A DNA stretch of 64,000 bases from Macrostomum lignano. Its lineage: Eukaryota. Positions 35,701 to 47,440 of this stretch are shown here, in pieces; position 1 is the first letter of the stretch; the number at the start of each line of letters is the position of its first letter. The notes below the pieces were generated by a model, which was given only the letters and a program-made list of their open reading frames with translations, was not told where the DNA came from and ran no database searches. Location of the stretch: contig NIVC01001195.1 in the NCBI GenBank assembly GCA_002269645.1, positions 1 to 64,000 on the forward strand, in the 5' to 3' direction. The position numbers and the translations under genes are program-made.

Positions 35701-37283
35701 CTCATTCCTCCGTGACTCATGCATCCGTGACTCATTCATCTAAAACCTTTATGAATGCTAAATATTTAAGCACTGGTGTTCACCATTAGTCGATGTTAGT
35801 ACTTTGCCGGATAAAATAATATATTCACAGCCAGCAAACCTGAAGCTCTCGGGCGCTGGCAGATACTGCAGGCCGGAGCTGGTGAGCCTCACAGCCGGCC
35901 ACGGGTCAGCGTGCCGCAGCTTGGGCATCCAGTACATCATGCGCTGGAACTTGGTCATCACGTAGGACTCGGTGCCGAATATCCGACTGATCTGCAGGCC
36001 CATGTCCGTGTCCGGCATCACTCCGTGCTCGTTCATCGTGTCCAGCAGAGCGATGGCCGTGTCCTGCTGTCTGGGGTAGTGCCTGAACTCGCTCTGCCAC
36101 ATCGTGCGCACCCGCATCACCTCCTTGGGGAACACGTCCAGCAGGGCCTTGTAGCTCTGAGGGGCGGGGGAAGCTGCTGCTATGGAGGCCTGGTTGGTAC
36201 TCAGTGCCCTGATGGCTTATGTAACTGCAGTAAGCCCGCCCTACTCAAACAGACCCTGCTGAACCCCACTCTGCTCAACCCCACCCTACCCAATGAAACC
36301 CCACCCTACCCAACCGAACCCCACCCTACCCAACCAAACCCCACCCTACCCAACCAAACCCCACCCTACACAACCAAACCCCACCCTACACAACCAAACC
36401 CAACCCTACCCAACCAAACCCCACCCTACACAACCAAACCCCACCCTACCCTACCAAACCCAACCCAACCCTACCCAACCAAACCCCACCCTACACAACC
36501 AAACCCAACCCTACCCAACCAAACCCACCCTACACAACGAAACCCCACCCTACCCAACCAAACCCAACCCTACCCAACCAAACCCTACCCAACGAAACCC
36601 CACCCTACCCAACGAAACCCCACCCTACCCAACGAAACCCCACCCTACCCAACGAAACCCCACCCTACCCAACGAAACCCCACCCTACCCAACGAAACCC
36701 CACCCTACCCAACCAAACCCCACCCTACCCAACCAAACCCCACCCTACCCAACGAAACCCCACCCTACCCAACGAACCCCACCTGCAGATCCTTGTGCAC
36801 GCCCAGCTCCTGCAGGCGGCTCCGCATGGCCTCGATGAACTCAACGTGGCCCCGCCTGGTGCGGCCGTACCGCTGCATGTACAGGAAGATGGAGTCGTGG
36901 AATTCCTGCCGGCGCCGCTCTCTATCAGCTAAGACCTCCGGGCTGAAGGCCGCCTCCGGCTGCCGCAGTCTGGCCGGCGCCGGGGCGGCCACGGCGGCCT
37001 GTCTGGTGAGGTCCTCCAGCCGGCGCCGCCGCTCCAGCTGGCGCCGCTCCTCCACTTTGCGCTCCCGTCGGTGGCGCGAACGGAGATGATGCTCTGGAGG
37101 AAGGGCCGGCGGCAGCTGGTGGACACCGGGCAGGCCTGGAGCAGCTGGCGAGGCTGCAGGACGGCGGCGGAGGCGGCCAGCGCCACGGATGGCGAAGGCG
37201 GTGGAGGGCGGCTTCGCTTTAAAAGCAGCTGCGAGCGGAGAGTTACGAGATGTGACAATCAGCAGCCCAGTAATAAATCTGCG
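32710..37283 (-). CDS. ECSIT: ECSIT (mitochondrial complex I assembly / Toll signalling intermediate); exons 36783-37283, 35840-36156, 33415-33669, 32710-33127
   Basis: RRGHVEFI, DLQ|SYKALLDVFPKE, HYPRQQ...MNEHGVMPD...IFG, DLAVRALRRM, VYLDGP and LLLRWVRLL match the ECSIT order. All three GT-AG junctions are phase-compatible. No genomic ATG in the first exon. Confidence 0.9.
33165..33385. repeat. ~67-nt unit x3 in the last ECSIT intron
   Basis: tttcgatacatatcggc...gcaggatttaaac repeated three times with divergence. Confidence 0.85.
34562..35075. repeat. 67-nt tandem repeat (~8 copies) in an ECSIT intron
   Basis: aaagcgattcacaatgctcaatcctgagaatcgtccagacggcattt... head to tail, no spacers. Confidence 0.95.
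36270..36780. repeat. 20-nt minisatellite (ccccaccctacccaaccaaa) in ECSIT intron 1
   Basis: Fills the intron up to the donor site. Confidence 0.95.
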
Positions 37284-37324
37284 CTGCAAACCTAAAGTGG
37301 GCAGCTAAAATTAATCTAATAGAA

Positions 37325-37460
37325 ACTGTCCAAACCTAAGAATGGACAGCCTTAAACCTAAGAATGGACAGACTTAAACCTAAGAATGGACAGACCTAAA
37401 CCTGAGAATGGACGGACCTAAACATAGGAATGGACAGACCTAAACCTGAGAATGGACAGA
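37325..37460. repeat. 22-nt minisatellite (taaacctaagaatggacagacc)
   Basis: About 6 tandem units just upstream of ECSIT. Confidence 0.85.
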
Positions 37461-38094
37461 CGTAAACCGTCTAAAAAGACATTTTTACGGATACTTTCAT
37501 ACATATATTTTTATTTCAAATCTCAAAGCAGGAGGGGAGGGCAGAAACAACAGACTAATAAAACTTGCAACAAAAATAATTTCAATCTGAAAATAATAAA
37601 TATACGCGTGTTAGCTACTGATAGTACCGGCAGCACTGAAACAGAATCAAACAAACTCTCTTTAGAATAAACAAATGGGTGCACAGTTGGTGGCAGATGC
37701 AGCAAATATTTTATCATGCACAGAATCACAATGGGTTTGGCAGCTCAGGAATATCACATTGCTCTGCAGTGTCGATAATTAATATTATTGCCCATTTTTT
37801 ATACAGAAAATTCAATTATAATAAATATTCGCACGCTATATTACTGACTAAATAAGCATATATAAGTAGAACAAGACAAATTTTCGGCAAAACCTTTTTT
37901 CCAGAAAAGCAAACAAGAAAAAAACAAAAAACTCAATGCAAATTTAACAGCTGGAACTTTATTATTAATGATGATGGGCACAGCAGCACCAAATGAGATA
38001 AAGATGATGCTTTATGCTACTTATTTAGTAGCTTAATAGCATTTTTAGCGTGCTTTTACAACTCAAATAATTATTACTCTTTTTATGTCGTCAA

Positions 38095-38360
38095 ATAAGA
38101 GGATTATGAAATTTTGGGGATTGTGAATTTGTGGGGATTATGAATTTAGTGGGATTATGAATTTGTGGGGATCTGGACTTTATAGGATTATGAATTTTTA
38201 GAAATTATGAATTTGGGGGATTATGAATTTGAGGGAATTATGAATTTGGGGGATTATGAATTTGAGGGGATTATGAATTTGTGAGGATTATGCATTGGGG
38301 ATTATGAATTCTGAGGGATTATGAATTAGTGGGGATTATGAATTTAGGGGATTATAAGGT
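38095..38360. repeat. ~17-nt minisatellite (gggattatgaattt) downstream of FICD
   Basis: Degenerate tandem units. Confidence 0.85.
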
Positions 38361-38463
38361 TTGAAGTTTATATGAACCGGGATTGAGGACTACAACGTGA
38401 AATGATGTGATTGGCCCCAGATTAAAAAATCAATTTCAACATTTGTAGCCGCCAGCGCAGGCG

Positions 38464-41168
38464 TCACAGGTTGATGACCCTCGGCTTGCAGTCCTCTGAC
38501 TGCTTGGCAAGCGACAGCGAGGCGCCGGACTCCGCCGCCTCAGAGTCGGACACCCGCTGCGCGGTGAGCAGGAACTCATCGATGGTGGCCTCCGTGCAGT
38601 GCCCGATGAAGCGGATGAAAGGCCGGACGTCGCCTTCGTTGGCCTCCTTAATGAGCTGGTAGTAGATGGCCCGCTCCTCCACCCGGACAATGGCCGGTGG
38701 GTAGCCGGAGCGCATGAGGATCAGGTTCATCAGCAGCCTGCGGGGGGGTTTGGGGTTCAAGTTTCACACCGAAGAGAAAAAATGACACTAAAATTTAAAA
38801 TCCTTCAGCAAAATCCTGAAAATGGCAGCATAGAATCCTGATGAAAATGGCACCCAAAACTCTGGAAATGGCACCCAAAACTCTGGAAATGGCATCCAAA
38901 ACTCTGGAAATGGCACCCAAAACTCTGGAAATGGCACCCAAAACTCTGGAAATGGCACCCAAAACTCTGAAATGGCACCCAAAACTCTGGAAATGGCACC
39001 CAAAACTCTGGAAATGGCACCCAAAACTCTGGAAATGGCACCCAAAACTCTGGAAATGGCACCCAAAACTCTGGAAATGGCACCCAAAACTCTGGAAATG
39101 GCACCCAAAACTCTGGAAATGGCACACAACATGGCTCCCAGAATCCTGAAAATGGCACAAAAGAATCCGGAAAATATCACCAAGGAATCCTAAAAATATC
39201 ACCAAGGAATCCTGAAAATGGCACCAAGGAATCCTGAAAATGGCACCCGGAATTCATAAAACGACACCAAAGACTAAAAAGGCCATGAAATGCTAAAATG
39301 GTACCGAAATAAAAAAAATCACCAAACTCCGGATGCCATTTAGAAAGCTGTTCACATTAAAATATCCGCGCATCCCCGTCACAGACCTGGCGGTGCGGCC
39401 GTTGCCATCGTAGAATGGGTGAATGTACACCAGCTTCCAGTGCGCCAGGGCGGCCACCTCCACCGGGTGCAGCTCGGCGGTGTCCTCAGAGTTCAGCCAG
39501 TTGAGGAAATCCGCCATCAGGCTGGGCACCAGGTTGGCGGGCGGGGGCTCGAAGTCCGCGATGAACACCTGGGTGGGAGGGGGTGGTTTGCAATTGGGAC
39601 TGATTGGTTTGCAACTGGGACTGATTGGTTTGCAACTGGGACTGATTGGTTTGCAACTGAGACTGATTGGTTTGCAACTGGTACTGATTGGTTTGCAACT
39701 GGGACTGATTGGTTTGCAACTGGTACTGATTGGTTTGCAACTGGGACTGATTGGTTTGCAACTGGTACTGATTGGTTTGCAACTGGGACTGATTGGTTTG
39801 CAACTGGTACTGATTGGTTTGCAACTGGGACTGATTGGTTTGCAACTGGGACTGATTGGTTTGCAACTGGGACTGATTGGTTTGCAACTGGTACTGATTG
39901 GTTTGCAACTGGTACTGATTGGTTTGCAACTGGGACTGATTGGTTTGCAACTGGGACTGATTGGTTTGCAACTGGGACTGATTGGTTTGCAACTGGGACT
40001 GATTGGTTTGCAACTGGTACTGATTGGTTTGCAACTGGGACTGATTGGTTTGCAACTGGGACCTCACCTGAGTATTCCTGAGCCGCCCAGCCTCCTGCAG
40101 GTCCACATAGCCCAGAACTCTGCGGTGGATCTCCAGCAGGTCGTTGAGCAGCAGGGGTCCCGGCTTTCTCAACAGGCTGCTATTGAGAAACATGAGAGCG
40201 GCGTCGAGGCCCAGAACTTCGTTGTGCTCAAGCAGGCTCTTGCCGCCAACTGCGATGCGGGTCTCCAGGATGGCGCGGGTCTGCGCCAGGTCCAGCGTGT
40301 TGCCCTCGATGGCGTTGCTGTGGTACACGTAGCGGAAGTAGTGCTCCTTCTTCAGCCGGCGGAGGCCCGGGTGCGTCTCCGGGATGTGGTAGTACTGGTA
40401 CACCTTCTGGTCGATGCGGTTGAACCTGGCCTGGTCGATCTGCTCAACCAGGGCAGAGTTCGCTTGCGGGAGGCCTTGGCCTGGGGACGGCGGAGGGTGA
40501 GAAAGTGGGACAGATTGTGCACTGTGCAGGCTACTGCTGGCATTACGACTATCTAGGTATTATTGCTCTTTCTGGGGATCAGGGATTACCGATGGCATTC
40601 CTGAGGATTAGGGACATTGGATTACTGGGGATTTGAGATATTGGATTACTTGGGATTAGGGACATTGGATTACTGGGGATTTGAGATATTGGATTACTTG
40701 GGACATTGGATTGCCGATGGGATTCCTGGGGATTTGGGATATCAGATTATCGTTGGGATCGTGGGGGCTTGGGATATTGGATTACCGATGGGATTCCTGG
40801 GAATTGGGGATATTTTGGGATAGATTTGGGATATTGGATTACCGATGGGATTCTGTGAGGATATTTGGGGATGTGAAGTGACACGCGATCTGGATATCAG
40901 TCTGGCTCCGAGCAGGATGTCAGGTAAGCCAAGACTCACCTTCTCATTGGTGGGATCAGTCAGCAGCGCTTTGCCGTAGTAGTGCTCAGCTTTCACATAA
41001 TCGGGCGGTCGGTGGTGCTCAAACACCTCCCGTAGGCAGCCATGGCCTCGGCATCGTACGGGTTGAGCTGCCTGGCGTGCTCAAGCAGCCGCTTGGCCTT
41101 GGCCAGGTTGCCAGTCCGGAGAAACTCCCGGGCCAGCCTGAGAGTGCTGTTGGCCTCGCGGACCAGGT
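38464..41168 (-). CDS. FICD: FICD/HYPE adenylyltransferase (TPR + Fic); exons 40940-41168, 40068-40480, 39387-39568, 38464-38737; first exon further upstream
   Basis: Inhibitory motif SNAIEGN, Fic motif [12 protein letters not shown] split by an intron, TPR-like [16 protein letters not shown] and [10 protein letters not shown]. Splice phases are consistent. Two 1-nt homopolymer losses at ~40451 and ~41030. Confidence 0.93.
38845..39250. repeat. 21-nt minisatellite (aaatggcacccaaaactctgg) in a FICD intron
   Basis: Tandem units. Confidence 0.95.
39590..40060. repeat. 21-nt minisatellite (gcaactgggactgattggttt) in a FICD intron
   Basis: Fills the 499-nt intron 39569-40067. Confidence 0.97.
40575..40865. 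repeat. Degenerate minisatellite (gggat...attggattac) in a FICD intron
   Basis: Repeated ttggattac motif. Confidence 0.8.
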
Positions 41169-41334
41169 CTGGGCGGAGGGTTGCAGCTTAGAATTATTTT
41201 TGATATGCGTCTATGCATTATTGGCTGTTTTGACTGGGACAGGAGTACCTTTGCTTTGTTTGTAGTCTTAGTACCCAGATACATGCACTGATATCTTATA
41301 ATCCAATCTATCTGAATTCTGAAATCTCACCAAT

Positions 41335-43490
41335 AACCAGTCTGAAATCCCATTGATAATCCAGATTCCAATCTCTCTGAACACTTATCGATAATCCAAC
41401 TTGTCTTGGAAATCCCATCGATAATCCAATCTGAAATCCTATCGATAATCCAATCTATCTGAAATCCCATCGATAATCCAATCTATCTGAAATCCCATCG
41501 ATAATCCAATCTATCTAAAAATACCATTGATAATCCAATCTATCTGAAAATACCATTGATAATCCAATCTATCTGAAAATCCCATTGATAATCCAATCTA
41601 TCTGAAAATTCCATCGATAATCCAATCTATCTGAAAATACCATTGATAATCCAATCTGTCTGAAAATCCCATTGATAATCCAATCTATCTGAAAATACCA
41701 TTGATAATCCAATCAATGTGAAAATTCCATCGATAATCCAATCTGTCTGAAAATCCCATTGATAATTTAATCTATCCGAAAATCCCATTGATAATCCAAT
41801 CTATCTGAAAATACCATTGATAATCCAATCTATCTGAAAATCCCATTGATAATCCAATCTATCTGAAAATACCATTGATAATCCAATCAATGTGAAAATT
41901 CCATCGATAATCCAATCTGTCTGAAAATCCCATTGATAATTTAATCTATCCGAAAATCCCATTGATAATCCAATCTATCTGAAAATCCCATTGATAATCC
42001 AATCTATCTGAAAATTCCATCGATAATCCAATCTATCTGAAAATACCATTGATAATCCAATCTGTCTGAAAATCCCATTGATAATCCAATCTATCTGAAA
42101 ATACCATTGATAATCCAATCAATGTGAAAATTCCATCGATAATCCAATCTGTCTGAAAATCCCATTGATAATTTAATCTATCCGAAAATCCCATTGATAA
42201 TCCAATCTATCTGAAAATACCATTGATAATCCAATCTATCTGAAAATCCCATTGATAATCCAATCTATCTGAAAATACCATTGATAATCCAATCAATGTG
42301 AAAATTCCATCGATAATCCAATCTGTCTGAAAATCCCATTGATAATTTAATCTATCCGAAAATCCCATTGATAATCCAATCTATCTGAAAATCTCATTGA
42401 TAATCCAATCTATCTGAAAATCCCATTGATAATCCAATCTATCTGAAAATCCCATTGATAATCCAATCTACCTGAAAATCCTATTGATAATCCAATCTGT
42501 CTGAAAATCCCATTGATAATCCAATCTACCTGAAAATCCCATTGATAATCCAATCTATCTGAAAATCCCATTGATAATCCAATCTATCTGAAAATACCAT
42601 TGATAATCCAATCTATCTGAAAATACCATTGATAATCCAATCAATGTGAAAATTCCATCGATAATCCAATCTGTCTGAAAATCCCATTGATAATTTAATC
42701 TATCCGAAAATCCCATTGATAATCCAATCTATCTGAAAATCCCATTGATAATCCAATCTATCTGAAAATCCCATTGATAATCCAATCTATCTGAAAATCC
42801 CATTGATAATCCAATCTACCTGAAAATCCTATTGATAATCCAATCTGTCTGAACTCCCATCAATAATCCAATCTGTCTGAACTCCCATCGATAATCCAAT
42901 CTGTCTGAACTCCTATCAATAATCCAATCTGAAGGCCCATCGATAATCCAATCTGGAATCCTATCAATAATCCAATCTGAAGGCCCATCGATAATCCAAT
43001 CTGGAATCCTATCAATAATCCAATCTGAAGGCCCATCGATAATCCAATCTGGAATCCCATCAATAATCCAATCTGAAGGCCCATCGATAATCCAATCTGG
43101 AATCCCATCAATAATCCAATCTGAAGGCCCATCGATAATCCAATCTGGAATCCCATCAATAATCCAATCTGAAGGCCCATCGATAATCCAATCTGGAATC
43201 CCATCAATAATCCAATCTGAAGGCCCATCGATAATCCAATCTGGAATCCCATCAATAATCCAATCTGAAGGCCCATCGATAATCCAATCTGGAATCCCAT
43301 CAATAATCCAATCTATCTGAAACCCCAAGGATAATCCAATCTATCATAGAAATCCCATCAATAATCCAATCTGTCTTGGAAATCTCATCAATAATCCAAT
43401 CCATCTGAAATTCTATCGATAATCTGATCCATCTGAAATCCCATCAATAATCCAATCTATTTGAAATCCCATCGATAATCAAATCCATTC
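41335..43490. repeat. ~29-nt satellite (ccattgataatccaatctatctgaaaatc) with a 24/48-nt variant block at ~42900-43320
   Basis: About 2.1 kb of tandem units. Confidence 0.97.
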
Positions 43491-44741
43491 TGACTCCCTA
43501 AATACCCACTGTATTTAGGAGGGCCTTCAATCATAGACCAAAGCATCTTTCTGAATTACTAAACATATTGAAGTCACACGATAATAGTTGTTTTTCATAG
43601 CCTATTTTCTGTAGACTATTAAAGGTAATCTCAAAAGCCTTTCTGCCATAATGGTGTTTTATATAGTGTTAGTCTTGAAAATAAACCATTTAATACAGCA
43701 TGGCTTTGCTATATCTGAAGCTGATAGAACATTTAGGTTTCACTATGTTCCAATTATGGCCAAGGGTGTGTTAGAGACTTCTTTCAATATGCTAGATTAA
43801 ATGCAAAAGTGCAATAAACAAAGCTATAGCTAGCCTTCTATTTTTAGCACACTTGAGCCTTAGCATATTGATGTACCAACAAGTCTTTTAATTGCACCAG
43901 ATTGGCATTTGCAAAATACCCTTGTAGCAAGCAATTGTAGAATATATCCTTATAATAGAGATTAAAAGATCTTTATCAACCAAGCCACTATTTTTTCTAT
44001 ATTTGACAATAAAATTTGTTTTTAATAACTTAATGAAATGATTTTTTAACCAATTTAATTCAATTTAAATATCTAATAGAGCCAATTTGAATACCAAATA
44101 CAAATATTTCAGTCATTACAATAATATGCATACCTCACTACTCATCAGTCACCTGTTAGTAGGCCAAATGGATAGCTGAATAAATTCATTTTAAATAAAT
44201 TGCTATCAAAGCAAATATAAATATGGATATGGATTAAGATCATAGTTTTTTTCTTAGGAAAACTGCCACATAGGTAAGCAGTTTAGTGGAGCCATGAATT
44301 GCAATGATTAAACTTGTAAAAATGTTTAGCTACAAGTAAATCCACTGCTAGAAGCACATGGTATGCAATATCTAGCCCTGATACATGCATTCCCTTTAGC
44401 AGCCTTAACCTAATAAGCATGCATCTTCTTGTCTAATAAAATATTCCTAGACCCCAACCCCAACCCTCTAAATTTGTCGGTATCAGCTTGAATCCATGTT
44501 TTATAAACTTGATTATTAATGCTTCACTATTCTTAATGCCTTAAAGCCTTTTAAAGCAAGAATAGATTTAGGAGAAAGGGCACAAATGGCATGAATCCCT
44601 ATTAGTTATATGCATCTTAGATAGGTTTGGTTTAGACTAATGCTAACATACATGCGCAACTTCTGAAATTACGCTGGCCGTGCGACTTAGTTTTCGATAA
44701 AAAATGCGACTTACCTATGAAAGAGCCAAGCAAAAACTTTA

Positions 44742-44805
44742 GGTAAACGGCAGGAGTAACTATGACCATATTTTTAAAGCTAAATGCCTCGCCAGCTAAT
44801 TAGTG
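44742..44805 (+). other. Degenerate 28S rRNA-like fragment (helix 69-71 region)
   Basis: ggtaaacggcaggagtaactatgac-13 nt-ctaaatgcctcgccagctaattagtg aligns without gaps to the conserved eukaryotic LSU sequence; about 52/64 by hand alignment against the sequence as I recall it. Confidence 0.75.
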
Positions 44806-45229
44806 CTGCGTGCAGATTCCGCGTTTTTATAACAGCTAATCAGTATGTCATCTAGTGGCGGCATGAAGCAATTAGTAAATTGTCAGTACAGTGTAGTGAG
44901 CATACTACAAAAGTCATGATTCATGAATGTCCAGAAGTAAGTGAAGTGAATACAGTGTGACCTATAGCTCAAGAACGATTTGCTAGACAATTTGGCATGG
45001 AAGATGAGAGCCCTGATTCAGATGGCTCATCAGATGCAGAATACGAATCCAGTAGAGATACAAGCTGTGAAAACCCACAGATTTTTAAACCACTGAATTC
45101 TAATTCCCGGAACTATTTTTGCATAGATTCTAAATTTGAAGTCATGCTCAAACAAAAACTTGTTAACAGTTAGGAAAAAGGCAAAGATGGGAGTAATGCA
45201 TGTTAAACTAAGATTTGAGGCCTTTGCAA

Positions 45230-45900
45230 ATTCTCTCCATTCCTCAATCTTCTCATCCTCTTTTTCTTTTCTCTCTCATCCCTTATCCCTTCTCTCTTTC
45301 CTCTCCTCTCTCCTCTCTTTCCTCTCCTCTCCTATCTCTTCTGTCTCCTCTCTACATTCTTATCTCTCCTCTCGTCTCTCTCCATTCCACTCTACTCTCT
45401 CATCTTATCTTCCCTCTCGTCTCTCTCCACTCTACTCTCTCATTATCTCTCCTCTCTTTTCTACTCTCTCATCTCTCCTCTCTTCACTCTCCTCTCATCT
45501 CCTCTTTATCCTCTCTTCTCTCATCTACTCTCTCCTCTTTCCTCTTTCCTCTCTTCTGATCTTATCCATCATCTTTTCTTTCCTCTTTTCTCTCATCTCC
45601 TCTTCTCTCTCATCTCTTTTTCCTCCCTCAGCTTTTCTCTCCTCTTCTATCTTTTCTCCCATCGCATCGCTCGCCTCTCCTCTGTTTGCTTATCTCTAAT
45701 CTTCTATTCCCTCTACTTTGAAGTAAGAAAATATGCACATATTTTTGCTGAAGATAAGAGGAGAGAAGAGGGCATTGAGGAGAAAGGGTAGAGAGAAAGG
45801 GGGACAAGAGAGGAGAGTAAAAATGAGAGGAGAGAGAAGAGGGAAAAGGGGGGAGAGAGAGAAGAGGGGAGGCAAGGTAGAGAAGAAGAGAGAGATGAGA
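45230..45900. repeat. CT-rich then GA-rich low-complexity tracts
   Basis: Pyrimidine tract 45230-45700 followed by purine tract 45750-45900. Confidence 0.85.
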
Positions 45901-46129
45901 GTTGAAGAGACACCAACCTTGCTACTCGAAGTTAGGAAGTTTCAAAGAACCCGAGGGGCGAGGGCCAGATTACCAGATAGAGGGGCTTCGCGAGCCGGAG
46001 TTTGCCAACCCCTGCTCCAGAGTTAAAGAAATGACGCGGGCTTCTGATTTCAAAGATCTTGTCTGTGGTTGAAGGCTTCTATTCTGTTTTTGCTCTCCTG
46101 CCACACTTGCACCTACTACCCCCTGATTG

Positions 46130-47440
46130 CCTCTGATTGTGACTTACTTCCCTCTTATTGCGACTTAGTTGCTTCTTTTTGCGACTTACCTAATCCTTTT
46201 TGCGACTTACTTAATCCTTTTTGCGACTTACCTAATCCTTTTGCGACTTACCTAACCCTTTTGCGACTTACCTAATCCTTTTTGCGACTTACTTAATCCT
46301 TTTTGCGACTTACTTAATCCTTTTGCGACTTACCTAACCCTTTGCGACTTACCTAACCCTTTGTGACTTACCTAATCCTTTTTGCGACTTACCTAATCCT
46401 TTTTGCGACTTACTTAATCCTTTTTGCGACTTACCTAACCCTTTGCGACTTACCTAACCCTTTGTGACTTACCTAATCCTTTTTGCGACTTACCTAATCC
46501 TTTTTGCGACTTACTTAATCCTTTTGCGACTTACCTAACCCTTTGTGACTTACCTAATCCTTTTTGCGACTTACCTAATCCTTTTTGCGACTTACTTAAT
46601 CCTTTTTGCGACTTACCTAATCCTTTTTGCGACTTACCTAACCCTTTGTGACTTACCTAATCCTTTTTGCGACTTACCTAATCCTTTTTGCGACTTACTT
46701 AATCCTTTTTGCGACTTACCTAACCCTTTGCGACTTACCTAACCCTTTGTGACTTACCTAATCCTTTTTGTGACTTACCTAATCCTTTTTGCGACTTACT
46801 TAATCCTTTTTGCGACTTACCTAACCCTTTGTGACTTACCTAATCCTTTTTGCGACTTACCTAATCCTTTTTGCGACTTACCTAATCCTTTTTGCGACTT
46901 ACTTAATCCTTTTGCGACTTACCTAACCCTTTGTGACTTACCTAATCCTTTTTGCGACTTACCTAATTCTTTTTGCGACTTACCTAATCCTTTTTGCGAC
47001 TTACTTAATCCTTTTGCGACTTACCTAACCCTTTGTGACTTACCTAATCCTTTTTGCGACTTACCTAATCCTTTTGCGACTTAGCTGATCCTTTTGCGAC
47101 TTACCTAACCCTTTTGCGACTTACCTAACCCTTTTGCGACTTACCTAACCCTTTTGCGACTTAGCTGATCCTTTTGCGACTTACCTGATCCTTTTGCGAC
47201 TTACCTGATCCTTTTGCGACTTACCTGATTCTTTTTGCGACTTACCTAATCCTTTTTGCGACTTACCTAATCCTTTTTGCGACTTACCTAATCCTTTTTG
47301 GGACTTACCTAACCCTTTTGCGACTTACCTGATTCCTGTTGCGACTTACCTGATTCCTGTTGCGACTTACCTGATTCCTGTTGCGACTTACCTGATCCTT
47401 TTTGCGACTTACCTGATTATTTTTACAACTTAGTTTGCTT
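46130..47440. repeat. ~22-nt satellite (ttgcgacttacctaatcctttt) inside the 8-bp-TSD element
   Basis: About 1.3 kb of tandem units. Confidence 0.97.

Noticed and set aside
39486-40403. Fic protein with a long Gln-rich repeat
   Set aside because: The repeat lies inside a canonical GT-AG intron (39569-40067); splicing restores the normal Fic sequence
38464-41168. FICD as a pseudogene or as a bacterial Fic toxin
   Set aside because: Spliceosomal introns and TPRs show it is the metazoan gene; the two frameshifts look like homopolymer errors
43500-44638. Degenerate AT-rich coding sequence on the minus strand
   Set aside because: Only short open stretches with many stops and no recognisable motif
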